A stretch of DNA of 34,476 bases from a virus (Duplodnaviria; Heunggongvirae; Uroviricota; Caudoviricetes), in IMG/VR virus record IMGVR_UViG_2698536573_000006. One strand, 5' to 3'. The position numbers and the translations under genes were made by a program. This document shows positions 33,481-34,476 of the stretch, piece by piece. The notes under the pieces are model-generated. The model did no database searches. It was not told the origin of the DNA and saw only the letters and a program-made list of their open reading frames with translations. Each line of letters starts with the position of its first letter. Within the stretch, counting starts at the first letter, position 1.

Positions 33481-34476
33481 ATGATACAACCTATTTCCGG
33501 CCCTCCTCCTGGGCAACCACCAGGTCAGGGAGATAATCTGCCGTCTGGCACGGGCAATCAGCCTTTATCCAGTCAGCAACGTACTTCGCTGGAAAGCTTA
33601 ATGACGAAAGTGACCTCACTGACGCAACAGCAAAGAGCAGAACTGTGGGCGGGTATCAGGCACGATATTGGTCTGTCGGGAGATTCACCGCTGCTTTCGC
33701 GTCACTTCCCTGCCGCTGAGCATAATCTGGCGCAACGTCTGCTGGCCGCGCAAAAAAGCCATTCTGCCCGCCAGCTTTTAGCGCAATTAGGGGAGTATTT
33801 ACGTCTGGGGAATAATCGTCAGGCGGTCACGGATTATATCCGTCATAACTTTGGTCAGACGCCGCTGAATCAGCTCTCACCGGAGCAATTAAAAACCATT
33901 CTCACCCTGTTGCAGGAAGGGAAGATGGTTATTCCGCAACCACAGCAGCGCGAGGCGACCGACCGTCCTTTATTACCGGCGGAGCACAATGCGCTAAAAC
34001 AGCTGGTGACCAAACTTGCGGCGGCAACGGGGGAACCCAGCAAACAGATCTGGCAATCGATGCTGGAACTTTCCGGGGTGAAAGATGGCGAGTTAATTCC
34101 AGCGAAACTGTTTAACCATCTGGTGACCTGGCTACAGGCGCGTCAGACGCTAAGCCAGCAAAATACGCCGACGCTGGAATCACTACAGATGACGCTAAAA
34201 CAACCTTTAGATGCCAGTGAACTGGCGGCGTTATCGGCATATATCCAGCAAAAATATGGTCTTTCTGCGCAATCATCGCTTTCTTCTGCCCAGGCCGAGG
34301 ATATTCTTAATCAGCTTTATCAACGGCGGGTTAAAGGGATTGATCCGCGTGTTATGCAACCGCTGCTTAATCCTTTTCCACCGATGATGGACACGTTGCA
34401 AAATATGGCAACGCGTCCCGCGCTGTGGATACTGTTAGTCGCGATTATCCTGATGCTGGTCTGGCTGGTTCGTTAA
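33481..34476 (+). CDS. host-like tail-anchored membrane protein, function unknown
   Basis: 331 aa; Pro/Gly/Gln-rich N-terminus and a single C-terminal TM helix (ALWILLVAIILMLVWLVR); outside the proposed attR and not phage-like. Confidence 0.7.
   Translation: MIQPISGPPPGQPPGQGDNLPSGTGNQPLSSQQRTSLESLMTKVTSLTQQQRAELWAGIRHDIGLSGDSPLLSRHFPAAEHNLAQRLLAAQKSHSARQLLAQLGEYLRLGNNRQAVTDYIRHNFGQTPLNQLSPEQLKTILTLLQEGKMVIPQPQQREATDRPLLPAEHNALKQLVTKLAAATGEPSKQIWQSMLELSGVKDGELIPAKLFNHLVTWLQARQTLSQQNTPTLESLQMTLKQPLDASELAALSAYIQQKYGLSAQSSLSSAQAEDILNQLYQRRVKGIDPRVMQPLLNPFPPMMDTLQNMATRPALWILLVAIILMLVWLVR

Overview
The window is almost entirely one P2-like (Peduovirus-type) temperate prophage of an enterobacterial host, about 33.3 kb, with a host gene at the right edge (33481-34476). 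All calls rest on reading the supplied six-frame translations and recalling P2 protein families; no searches were run and GC content was judged by eye. Gene order: int and C-like repressor (minus strand), cox, a run of small early ORFs, an SPFH lipoprotein, replication protein A, an AT-rich three-gene cargo island (9285-11930), Q/P packaging genes, O-N-M-L head genes, a lysis cassette, R and S, tail fibre genes, the tail block, then D, ogr and AT-rich right-end cargo. The most interesting element is that cargo island between A and Q, at the position P2 uses for tin/old: a GHKL-type ATPase protein, a small STAS-like protein and a signal-peptide/transmembrane protein, which I propose as a candidate undescribed anti-phage or abortive-infection system. 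Other notable points: a Hok-family type I toxin candidate after ogr; a hexapeptide acetyltransferase at the Z/fun position; a secreted Cys-motif protein interrupted at a T7 tract; and a structured intergenic region with a perfect 14-bp inverted repeat. The tail region looks defective and rearranged: gene V is cut after about 43 codons and joins directly to the middle of tail fibre gene H (W, J, I absent), and the FI-FII-E-T-U block is inverted relative to canonical P2. Imperfect direct repeats at 11-28 and 33296-33313 are proposed as attL/attR cores.
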